From Polyangiaceae bacterium (GTDB taxonomy: Bacteria; Myxococcota_A; Polyangia; Polyangiales; Polyangiaceae), in NCBI GenBank assembly GCA_035063585.1, contig JAPSGB010000001.1:96001-160000 (forward strand): a stretch of 64,000 nucleotides of DNA, given 5' to 3'. The position numbers were made by a program, and so were the translations under genes. Shown one piece after another: positions 53,711-62,803 of the stretch. Below the pieces are notes generated by a model that ran no database searches, was not told the origin of the DNA, and saw nothing but the letters and a program-made list of their open reading frames with translations. Position 1 is the first letter of the stretch. Each line of letters opens with the position of its first letter.

Positions 53711-56295
53711 CGCGCGAGCCGCTCCACGACGCCGCGGTCGCCGTCGACGACCAGCGCCTCGCCGTCGACAATCACGCCGGCCGCGCCGCGAAGACCCAAG
53801 ACCGCCGGCAGCCCATACTCACGCGCGACCACCGCGCCGTGGCAGAGCGGCCCGCCGAGCTCGCTCACCAGCGCGCCAGCCGCGAGGAAGAGCGGCGCGA
53901 AGGCGACGTCGGGCGCGCGGAGCACGAGCACGTCACCGGGCTCGAGGCGCGCGGCGCCCGCACCGGACGGCCCGACCAGCCGCGCGCGGCCGGTGCTCTT
54001 GCCGCCCGAGCCCGGCACGCCGTGGAGCACGCGGCTGCCGGGCGGCGGTAGCTCGAACGGGAGCGGCGCACCCTGGAACGTCTCGGGCGGCTCCGAGAGC
54101 GCGGCGTCTCGCCCGTGCTCGGCGCGGCGCATGCGGATGATCGGTCCGAGATCGGAGCGCGCAGCGCGCGACGCGCTCACGAGCTCGTCGAGCGTCGAGA
54201 AGAAGGCCGAGCCTGGCGTGAGCGACGGATCGAGACGGCGCATCCGGCGATCGAGATCGAGCGCGACGGTGCGGAGCATGCCGAGCGTGCGCGCCATCCA
54301 CACGCGCACGCGCTCGCGCATCCGCGCGAGCCTACGCCAGCGGCTCACCAGCGCACGCACGAGCGCCTGCTCGACATATGGAAGCCGCGTTTCGACGCGA
54401 GCGAGCTCGCGGGCGGCGGCGCGGCGCGCCTCGACGAGCCTGAGCTCGGCGTCGCGCGGGTCGCTCATGAGCGCGGTGACCATGGCGAGGAGCGGCGCTG
54501 GCGCCTCGGCGAAGCGGGGCCGGGCGAGCTCGGACTCCTCGAGCGCGCGATCACCGTAGGCGTCGAGGAATTGCTCGAGCGCGCGGCGCGCGGGGCCCAC
54601 TGGCAGCGCCGCTGGCGCCTCCGCGCCGGCGAGGAGCGCCGAGCGTGCGCCCGGATCGCGCGCGGCGATGGCGGCGACGTGGGCGAGCGCGACCCCGGGG
54701 AGCGCGGTCTCGAGATCTCCCACGCCCGCGGTGATCGCCTGGACGAGCCGTGGGGCCTCTATCGGCGCGCTCCGCTCGAGCACGCGCGTGAGCGCCGTGT
54801 GCGTCGCGACCAGAGCGAGCGTCGCGTCGATCATGGCGCGCGCGGTGCGCTCGAAGAAGCCGCGGCTCTCGCGGAGCGTCGTCTCGAGGCCGTCATCGGG
54901 CAAAATTGCGAGATCCATCTCGACGAGCCAGCGCCGCTGCTGCTCGGCGTCGTGCTCGAAGCGCCGCACCTCGTCGGCCAGGCGGCGCTCGCGTGCGAGC
55001 ACCCGTGCCGCGGCGAGCGACACCTCCGCGAGCGAGACGTCGGGGGAGCGCGCCGCGGGTTCGAGCGAGCCGGCGAGCTCACGCAAGGTCCGTCGGCCAA
55101 CGCCGGGCACCGCGGCGAGCGCGCGCTCGAGCTCGGTGAGCTCGAAATAGAAGCGACCGCGCACGCGGCCGACGAGCGGCGCTCCGCGCGAGCGCTTGGC
55201 GCCGAGCGAGCGGAGCGTGGGGTCGAGCTCACGCGTCGTGAACGCCTCGACGAGCGACCAGGTGAGCGGCGTCGGCGGGCCGAACAGCGACTCGCCGAGC
55301 CCTAAGCGCGACCACTCGGTCGACGAGTTGCCCCCGCTCGGGAAGTCTTGCCCGGCGACCCGCCGCGCCTCCGCGACGAAGACCTCGCTCGCCGGGGAGA
55401 TGGCGAGCTCGAGCTCGAGCGCGCCGGGCTCGACGTGCTCGAGCGCGGCGGCGAGCTCCGCGAGCGCGCCGACCGCGCCGGTAACGGCAGCGGCGCGCTC
55501 CGCGAGGTCGGGCGGGTCGGCAGCTACTTGCTCGGTGACGACGCCGTCCGCCGTGAAGCGCACCACCGCGCCACGCGCTCGACGACCGAGCGGCGCGGCG
55601 GGCGCGGAGGGCGTAAGCGCGAGCACGCGCACCGGGACCGCGACCGCGACTGGACTGCTCGGGGTCGGTGTCTCCACCATGACACCGCGCGGCTGATCGG
55701 GGTCGCGCGCGAGGAGTACTCCGCTCGCTGCGAGCGCGGGCAGCCGCTGGATGACGACCCCCATGGCGAGGTCGCGCACGCGGCGCCCGCGCAGATACGC
55801 GAGCGCGGACGCGCCGAGCGCGCCGGCCCACGCGTCGTGGAGGGCCCGGTCGAGCTCGTCCGCGGTCCGGAGCCCTTGGCGGGTGAGCTCGAGCCCCGCG
55901 CCGCGCGCGAGGTCGTCGCTCACGGTCGGGCTCGCGCGCACCGCGAACCGCGAGCCGGGGCGCGCCTCGACCACCTCGGCGACCACCCGCTCGAGCTCCT
56001 CGCGGAGCGCCGGCACGCTCACGAGCAGGATCCGTTCGCGGGCGTGCGCCGCGCGCTCGAGCCCCGCGGGGCGGTGGATCACGCGCAGGAGCGACGCCGG
56101 GTCGTGCCCGGGAGGTAGGAGCTCATGGACCGCATCGCGAAACACGGCGACCGGCACGCACCAGCTCTCGAGCACGGAGAGGCCTCGGGCGCGCACCCCC
56201 GCCAGGGCGGCGCCGCGACCGCCGAACGCAGCCGCGTCGAGCGCGCCTTCGAGCGGTACGAGCCGGACCGGATCCCGCCGTGGGTGCTGCGCCAT
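53707..56295 (-). CDS. PEP-utilising enzyme with rifampin-phosphotransferase-like architecture
   Basis: PPDK_N-like N-terminus; C-terminal swivel GGPLCHGAVVAREYGLPAV...VDG..G.V. Confidence 0.85.
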   Translation of the reverse strand: MAQHPRRDPVRLVPLEGALDAAAFGGRGAALAGVRARGLSVLESWCVPVAVFRDAVHELLPPGHDPASLLRVIHRPAGLERAAHARERILLVSVPALREELERVVAEVVEARPGSRFAVRASPTVSDDLARGAGLELTRQGLRTADELDRALHDAWAGALGASALAYLRGRRVRDLAMGVVIQRLPALAASGVLLARDPDQPRGVMVETPTPSSPVAVAVPVRVLALTPSAPAAPLGRRARGAVVRFTADGVVTEQVAADPPDLAERAAAVTGAVGALAELAAALEHVEPGALELELAISPASEVFVAEARRVAGQDFPSGGNSSTEWSRLGLGESLFGPPTPLTWSLVEAFTTRELDPTLRSLGAKRSRGAPLVGRVRGRFYFELTELERALAAVPGVGRRTLRELAGSLEPAARSPDVSLAEVSLAAARVLARERRLADEVRRFEHDAEQQRRWLVEMDLAILPDDGLETTLRESRGFFERTARAMIDATLALVATHTALTRVLERSAPIEAPRLVQAITAGVGDLETALPGVALAHVAAIAARDPGARSALLAGAEAPAALPVGPARRALEQFLDAYGDRALEESELARPRFAEAPAPLLAMVTALMSDPRDAELRLVEARRAAARELARVETRLPYVEQALVRALVSRWRRLARMRERVRVWMARTLGMLRTVALDLDRRMRRLDPSLTPGSAFFSTLDELVSASRAARSDLGPIIRMRRAEHGRDAALSEPPETFQGAPLPFELPPPGSRVLHGVPGSGGKSTGRARLVGPSGAGAARLEPGDVLVLRAPDVAFAPLFLAAGALVSELGGPLCHGAVVAREYGLPAVLGLRGAAGVIVDGEALVVDGDRGVVERLAR

Positions 56296-56316
56296 GCCCG
56301 CTTGGCGCCGCCGGGC

Positions 56317-56670
56317 TCAGGGCGTCCGGGTGGGGGTCGAGCCCGTCGCCCGGCGCACGAGCTCGACGAGCACCGGATCGGTGGCGAGCTGCTCGCGCAG
56401 GCTCTCTCTCACGAACTCGAGCTGTTCTGCCGGAAGCTCACCCTGCAAATGCTCGACGGCTCCGGTGACCCGCGCGTCGAGGTACTGATCGAGCCCGATT
56501 TCACCGCGCTCGAGCCGACCGAGCTCCTCGCTTCCTGTCGGCGGGCCCGCGGCGCTCGTCTGGTCGACGCGGAAGCTCTCACCCTGGATCGGGGTGCCGC
56601 CGCCGGGGGACGCTACCCCTCCGGTGCCGAGCGGGCCGCCGCCGGGCTTGCCGATGCCGTCGATTCCCAT
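56317..56670 (-). CDS. Hypothetical protein
   Basis: MGIDGIGKPGG N-terminus, helical C-terminus, fits the co-oriented gene run. Confidence 0.7.
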   Translation of the reverse strand: MGIDGIGKPGGGPLGTGGVASPGGGTPIQGESFRVDQTSAAGPPTGSEELGRLERGEIGLDQYLDARVTGAVEHLQGELPAEQLEFVRESLREQLATDPVLVELVRRATGSTPTRTP

Positions 56671-56718
56671 ATGCCCTACCTTAGCCGTGCTCGTGCCGAG
56701 CACCAATGGTCCGCTCGC

Positions 56719-57180
56719 CTAGCGGATGTTCGAGATGGCATTCTTCACGGTGTCATGGCGTGCCTTGAGGACGTTCGACACCGTCGTATAAGCGCGATTT
56801 TCTGCCTGCATGCGCTCCTGGAGCTGGAGATAATAGAGGTTCTGATCCGCGCTCTCGGCGAGCGCAGCCTCCACGCTCGTGCCGGGCGCCGCCGCGGACG
56901 TCCCGGTGGAGCCCTCCGCGCTCACGTCGGGCGCGCCGGCGCCGGCGCCCACACCGGCGCCCACCGCCGGAGCGTGGCCCACGCCGGGGCGAAACGCGGC
57001 GGCGAGCACGGGTCCTCCGGGCAAGCGCGTCACCGCGGCCTCTGCGCCGCCGATGACGGCGCTCGCACCGGCGGACATGACCTGCCGGAACGGGCGCGCG
57101 GGCGGGGGCGTGACGCGGGCCGCGGTGGGGGTAGAGGCGACGGCGGTCGACGGACCGCCCGGGATGATTCGAGTCGTCAT
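56719..57180 (-). CDS. Hypothetical protein with a T3SS needle/filament-like C-terminal helix
   Basis: GGAGG SD; C-terminus YLQLQERMQAENRAYTTVSNVLKARHDTVKNAISNIR. Confidence 0.7.
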   Translation of the reverse strand: MTTRIIPGGPSTAVASTPTAARVTPPPARPFRQVMSAGASAVIGGAEAAVTRLPGGPVLAAAFRPGVGHAPAVGAGVGAGAGAPDVSAEGSTGTSAAAPGTSVEAALAESADQNLYYLQLQERMQAENRAYTTVSNVLKARHDTVKNAISNIR

Positions 57181-57276
57181 GTAGCAACCTCCAACGGATC
57201 TGGGGAGAGCGAACGCCTCCTCATCGGCTGGAGCACTGGAAGGTTGCGTGAGATCGAGCGGGGTCCGAGAGAATCG

Positions 57277-58017
57277 TCAGAAGCGCCCGACCGCGTCGAG
57301 GCCGTAGCCGGAGCCGACGGGCCCTGGGACGAGGTAGTAGCTCGGTTGGTCGCGCACCCACACGGACTTCGGCGCGAAGAGCGCCACCGCGAGCAAGCTG
57401 CCGCCGCTCGTCTGCACGAGGCCGTCGAGGATGAGCAGTACGCGCGTGAGGGAATCATCGCCATGACACCCCGCGCTGGTGTCCGACCTTTCCGCACAGG
57501 ACCGGCGCGCGAGGAGGGTTACCCACGGCCCGAGAACGGGGACCGCCAGCCAACCGGTGCGGTTCGGGAAGCCGGTGCCCGACCCCACCGAGAACCCGAT
57601 CGCGTAGGGCACACCGAGCGTGATCGAACCTGCGATGACGTAGCCGTTCCGCACGCGTTCCTCTACGTGGTAGCCGGGCAAGGGCGGATCGCCCTCGCGA
57701 TACGGCTGCGTCTCGGGCATCAGCTCCGCTCGATAGCCCGGCGGCAACGCGTAACCCGGCGGCGGCGCGTAGCCCGGCGGCGGCGCGTGGCCCGGGGGCA
57801 ACGCGTGGCCCGGCGGCAACGCGTAACCCGGCGGCGGCGCGTAGCCCGGCTGCGGCTGCGCGGGCTGCGGCTGCGCGGGCTGCGGCTGCGCGGGCTGCGG
57901 CTGCGCGGGCTGCGGCTGCGCGGGCTGCGGCTGCGCGGGCTCCGCCTGCGCGGAGGCGAGCGGCGCCACGAGAGCCGTCGCGAGCCCCACGGCTATTCGC
58001 GCGATCATCCGGATCAT
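57277..58017 (-). CDS. Exported hypothetical protein with QPQPA and PPPGYA repeats
   Basis: Signal peptide ending ASA-Q, repeats, hydrophobic segments, terminal Phe. Confidence 0.75.
   Translation of the reverse strand: MIRMIARIAVGLATALVAPLASAQAEPAQPQPAQPQPAQPQPAQPQPAQPQPAQPQPGYAPPPGYALPPGHALPPGHAPPPGYAPPPGYALPPGYRAELMPETQPYREGDPPLPGYHVEERVRNGYVIAGSITLGVPYAIGFSVGSGTGFPNRTGWLAVPVLGPWVTLLARRSCAERSDTSAGCHGDDSLTRVLLILDGLVQTSGGSLLAVALFAPKSVWVRDQPSYYLVPGPVGSGYGLDAVGRF
57734..57941. repeat. Coding 18-bp (PPPGYA-type) and 15-bp (QPQPA, 6 copies) tandem repeats
   Basis: ggctgcggctgcgcg x6 at 57848-57937, next to 18-bp units. Confidence 0.9.
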
Positions 58018-58105
58018 ATCGGTAGTCTACCTCCGAGTGTCGGACCGGGGCAGCCGGCGGCGCGTTCCGGGGCACGCTCGCGCGCCACCTCGCGCTGTCG
58101 TCCGC

Positions 58106-59104
58106 TCAGATCCCGAACCACGCGCTCGGCGCGAGCGTGTCGGCGCCGTGACGGATCTCGAAGTAGAGCCGCGGCCCACCGCCGCCGTCACCGACCGTTC
58201 CGAGGCGCGCGCCGGCTGCGACGTCATCGCCGGCCGTGACCGCGATCTCGGCGAGGTTCGCGCTCACCGTGTAGTAGCTTCCGCCGTGATCGATGATGAC
58301 CGTCTTGCCGTAGTCGGCGTAGGTATCCGCGAACGCGACGCGCCCCGGAAACACGGCCCGCACCGGCGCGCCGAAGGGCGCGCGCATCTCGAGGCCGGGG
58401 CCATCGCCGCCGTTGCGACTCGCCGCGGTGATCTCGGCGCGTCCGGCGAGCGGGAATGGGAGCTGCCCCTTCATGGCAGCGAAGCCACCACCGCTGAGAT
58501 CCGGGTTGGATGGCCCGATCCCAGCGCCGTAGACCGCGGTGTGCCCTGCCGGCCCACTCGACTCGAAGGCGCGCTGGAAGGCGAGCGCGCGGTCCTGCTC
58601 GGCGAGCAGCGCGTTGCGCGCTTGCTGCATGGCGGCGTGCTCGAGCTCGAGCGGACCGCGCTCGCGCGCGATTTGCTCGAGCCGGACGCCGAGCGCGCGC
58701 CGGGCACGCGCGAGCTCCTCTTCCCGCGAGAGGTCCCGCGCGAGCGCGTGGCGCAGGCGCTCGAGCCGTGAAGCATGTTCGACCAACGCGTCGAAGCCTC
58801 CGCCCACCGGCAACAGCCCCGCGCGCGCTCCACGCACGTACGCGCGGCCGCGCGCCACCGTGCGCTCGTGGAGCGCCCGGCTCTCGTCGGCGAGCTCACC
58901 GAGCTGCTTCTTCGCGGCCTGCTCTTCGCTCGAGAGCCGCTCGAGCGCTCGATCGACGTCGGTCACCGTCTTCGGCAAGACGGGGGTCGCGAGGCTGGGT
59001 TGGCCCGGCGCGGAACCGCGCGGCTCGCCGGGGTCGGCGCCAGGGAGCGCGGCCGCAGCGCTCGCGGCGAACACCACCAGGGCGAAGGGCATCCGTGTCT
59101 TCAC
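58106..59104 (-). CDS. EnvC-like murein hydrolase activator (coiled coil plus degenerate M23 domain)
   Basis: Downstream of ftsEX; M23 motifs YGKTVIIDHG and LYFEIR present, Zn ligands lost (GPGLEM, SANL). Confidence 0.85.
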   Translation of the reverse strand: MKTRMPFALVVFAASAAAALPGADPGEPRGSAPGQPSLATPVLPKTVTDVDRALERLSSEEQAAKKQLGELADESRALHERTVARGRAYVRGARAGLLPVGGGFDALVEHASRLERLRHALARDLSREEELARARRALGVRLEQIARERGPLELEHAAMQQARNALLAEQDRALAFQRAFESSGPAGHTAVYGAGIGPSNPDLSGGGFAAMKGQLPFPLAGRAEITAASRNGGDGPGLEMRAPFGAPVRAVFPGRVAFADTYADYGKTVIIDHGGSYYTVSANLAEIAVTAGDDVAAGARLGTVGDGGGGPRLYFEIRHGADTLAPSAWFGI

Positions 59105-59105
59105 G

Positions 59106-59975
59106 TCACACGACCAGGAGCTTGCGGAGACTCGCGTAGGCGGCGAGCGCGCCGAGCACGCCGCCGAGCGCGACCATCGGCACCGCGACGTGCCACGGTA
59201 GGAAGCTCGGCGTCACCCCGAGCAGCGTCCCGAGGGTACCGTCGAACTGACTCCGCACGATGAGGTAGAGCACTCCGAGCAACGCGAGCGCGAGCGCCGC
59301 TCCGAGCGCGCCTTGCGCCGCGCCTTCCACCACGAAGGGGCGCCGGACGTAGCCGTCGCTCGCGCCGACCAGCTTGAGCACTTCGACCTCGAGCCGCCGG
59401 CGTTCGAGCGTGAGGCGGATGGTCGACGAGACCACGCTCACGACGGCGCCGAGCACCACCAGCGCGAGCACCAGCGCCGCCGACACGCCACCGGTGAGCA
59501 CCTTGCCGAGCCGCGCGCTCCAGCTCTGATAGGTCTCGACCGAGTCGACCGCCGGCAGCTTCTCGAGCTGCGTCGCCACGTCCACGAGCCGACGAGCGGC
59601 GGCCTCGTCGGCGAGGCTCACCTCGAGCGACGCCGGGAACGCCTCGGAGGGCAGCTTGTCGAAGAGCTCGTCCGAGCTCTGTCCGGTCACCTCACGGCGC
59701 GCGTCGTCGCTCGAGACGAAGCGGACGTCGGTGACGCCTGGGGTCGCGCGGAGCGCCTTCTCGATGTCGGCGATGGAGCCGGGCTTGGCGCCGCTCTTCA
59801 GGAACACCGAGGCGCGCCCGGCGTTGGTCCAGCGGGCGCGCACGCCGTCGACGTTCACGACTACGAGTAGCGCCGAGGCGAGGCACACGAACGCCACCGC
59901 GACCGAGAACACCCCGAGCAGGTGCAGACGCCAGTCGTTACGCCCGCCGCGCCAGGCTCGCTCGACCGCTCCCAT
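59106..59975 (-). CDS. ftsX: Cell division permease FtsX
   Basis: Four TM helices, STIRLT..RR.EV.VLKLVGA...VRRPF..EG. Confidence 0.9.
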   Translation of the reverse strand: MGAVERAWRGGRNDWRLHLLGVFSVAVAFVCLASALLVVVNVDGVRARWTNAGRASVFLKSGAKPGSIADIEKALRATPGVTDVRFVSSDDARREVTGQSSDELFDKLPSEAFPASLEVSLADEAAARRLVDVATQLEKLPAVDSVETYQSWSARLGKVLTGGVSAALVLALVVLGAVVSVVSSTIRLTLERRRLEVEVLKLVGASDGYVRRPFVVEGAAQGALGAALALALLGVLYLIVRSQFDGTLGTLLGVTPSFLPWHVAVPMVALGGVLGALAAYASLRKLLVV

Positions 59976-59977
59976 GA

Positions 59978-60766
<789 letters not shown>

Positions 60767-60834
60767 GCCCGTCGAGGTAGCAGGACCGCCCGAAACCGAA
60801 CAAGTTTTCGACGGCGCGAGGGGGCGCGAAATCC

Positions 60835-61854
60835 GTGAGGATCGGCTTCTTCGGGCTGCCGCTCGCGGCGTACCTGCTGGTGGAGGACGGCCATACGCTC
60901 GCCTTCGCGGCCCTCTCGCCCATCCGCGCTCCAGGCGCGCGACGCCTCCGCCGGCTCATCGGCGCCGAGCGCGTCCTCGACGCGGCCGAGTTGGGCAACC
61001 GGCTCGGCGAGGAGGTGGAGGCGCGACTCGGTGAGGCGGAGCTCATCGTGAGCTGGTTCTGGACGCGCCGGCTCCCCGGAGCGTGGCTCGCGCGCGCGCC
61101 GCTCGGCGCGATCGGTGTCCACCCGTCGCTGCTCCCGCGTCACCGCGGCCCGGACCCGTTCTTCGCGGCCATCGACGCCGGAGACGAGGAGACCGGGGTC
61201 ACGGTGCACCGCCTCGACGCGAGCTACGACACCGGTCCCATCCTGCTCGCGGAACGGCTCCGCATCGGGGAGCGGAGCGCGTGGCAGCTCGCCCGCGCGC
61301 TCGACCGGCCGGCGCTTCGCCTCCTCCGCGAGGCGGCTCGGCGCATCGCGAGCGGCGCTCCCATGCCCGAGGCGCGGCAAGACGAGTCCCTGGCGACCTG
61401 GGCCGGCGAGCCCGAGGGCGCCGAGCTCCGGGCGGATTTCAGCTGGGACACGTCGCGAGTCCTTCGGCGTATCCGCGCTCTCGCGCCGGTGCCCGGGCTC
61501 GCCATCGCCGTGCACGACCAGAACCTGTTCGTGACCGAGGCGATCGCCGAGCCGCGACTCTTGCCGGCGCTCGAGCCCGGCGAGGCACTCATCGACGCGC
61601 AACGCGGGCTCGGTATTCGCACCGGGGACGGCGGCATCGTCGTCACCGCGGCGACCGTGGGCGAAGCCTCCGGGCTGCCGGCCGGGACCGAGCTCGACGC
61701 GGCCGGGGTGGCCGCGCTCCTCGCGGAAGCGGGAAACCGGCCGTGCGACGCGCGAGGAACTCGCTTGGGTGCCGGGTCGGGAGCGGTGATAGACTGGCCC
61801 CCTTCGGAGGAGCAGGATGACCGATCCGGTGACGACGGCGCGGACCGCCCGTGA
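60835..61854 (+). CDS. Formyltransferase family protein (Fmt-like)
   Basis: HPSLLPRHRG.DP, ETGVTVH..D..YDTG, RIRAL.P.PG. Confidence 0.85.
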   Translation: MRIGFFGLPLAAYLLVEDGHTLAFAALSPIRAPGARRLRRLIGAERVLDAAELGNRLGEEVEARLGEAELIVSWFWTRRLPGAWLARAPLGAIGVHPSLLPRHRGPDPFFAAIDAGDEETGVTVHRLDASYDTGPILLAERLRIGERSAWQLARALDRPALRLLREAARRIASGAPMPEARQDESLATWAGEPEGAELRADFSWDTSRVLRRIRALAPVPGLAIAVHDQNLFVTEAIAEPRLLPALEPGEALIDAQRGLGIRTGDGGIVVTAATVGEASGLPAGTELDAAGVAALLAEAGNRPCDARGTRLGAGSGAVIDWPPSEEQDDRSGDDGADRP

Positions 61855-62803
61855 ACGAATCGCGCAAGGGCTGAGCACACTGCAGAGCCCGGGCGCACCG
61901 CCGACTCTGATGAACGCCGCCGAGCCCATCGCGCAGGCGATGAGCGCACTGCACCAGATCGAGGCGTCGCACGGCGCAGCGGCCGCGCAGTACGCCCCGA
62001 CCGCGTTGGACGCGTTGCGACGCGCGCTCGCCCTACTGCAAGCTCAGCCCGCCGGTCAGCCGGCGGTCGACCAGACGGTCGAGGCGATCGCGGGCTCGCT
62101 CGGGCTCGTGCACTCGCTCAGCCAGGCCGCAGCGGCGGCGGCCGCGCCGACCGCATTCGATCCGAGCCCACCGACCCAGCCCTCCGCGGCGGCCACCCAG
62201 CCGGCACCAGCCCCAGCCCAGTGGCAGCAGCCCGCCCCGCAGGCGCCCGCGCAGCAACCCCAGTGGCAGCAGCCCGCCCCGCAGGCGCCCGCGCAGCAAC
62301 CCCAGTGGCAGCAGCCCGCCCCGCAGGCGCCCGCGCAGCAACCCCAGTGGCAGCAGCGCGCCCCGCAGGTGCCCGCGCAGCAACCCCAGTGGCAGCAGCC
62401 CGCTCCGCAGGCGCAGTATCAGCAGGCCCCACCGCAGCCTGCGGCGCCGCCCGCCGCCGGATTCGGCGCGCCGCTGCGGGTGGACGCCGAGCTCGGCGCG
62501 CACAGCGCGACCAACTTCTACAAGGGCCTCAGCGGCAACGACGTCATCGACTCCGGCGGCATCTTCATCGCGACCTACCAGATCCCCGAGATCGGCCAGA
62601 ACCTGATCATCAAGGTCTCGCTGCCGGGCGGCTACGAGTTCGAGGCGACGGGCGTGGTTCGTTGGACGCGCGATGCTCCCAATTCGGGTGCCGACTCCTC
62701 GCCGGGATACGGCGCGCAGTTCACGCAGATTACGCCGGAGGGTCGCCAGCTCGTCTACCGCTACGTGCGTAATCGCGAACCTCTGTTCCACGACGATCTG
62801 TGA
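61817..62803 (+). CDS. TIGR02266/PilZ-type domain protein with a Q/P-rich linker
   Basis: S.TNFY.G...SGGIFIATY...G.VRW.R...PG.G.QF C-terminal domain; GGAGGAG SD. Confidence 0.85.
   Translation: MTDPVTTARTARERIAQGLSTLQSPGAPPTLMNAAEPIAQAMSALHQIEASHGAAAAQYAPTALDALRRALALLQAQPAGQPAVDQTVEAIAGSLGLVHSLSQAAAAAAAPTAFDPSPPTQPSAAATQPAPAPAQWQQPAPQAPAQQPQWQQPAPQAPAQQPQWQQPAPQAPAQQPQWQQRAPQVPAQQPQWQQPAPQAQYQQAPPQPAAPPAAGFGAPLRVDAELGAHSATNFYKGLSGNDVIDSGGIFIATYQIPEIGQNLIIKVSLPGGYEFEATGVVRWTRDAPNSGADSSPGYGAQFTQITPEGRQLVYRYVRNREPLFHDDL
62217..62414. repeat. 42-bp coding tandem repeat, about 4.6 copies (QWQQPAPQAPAQQP)
   Basis: cagtgg recurs at 62219, 62261, 62303, 62345 and 62387. Confidence 0.92.

Noticed and set aside
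60835..61854. Calling this gene the housekeeping fmt
   Set aside because: Divergent N-terminus, GVH instead of NxH, and no def or rsmB context; left as a formyltransferase family protein
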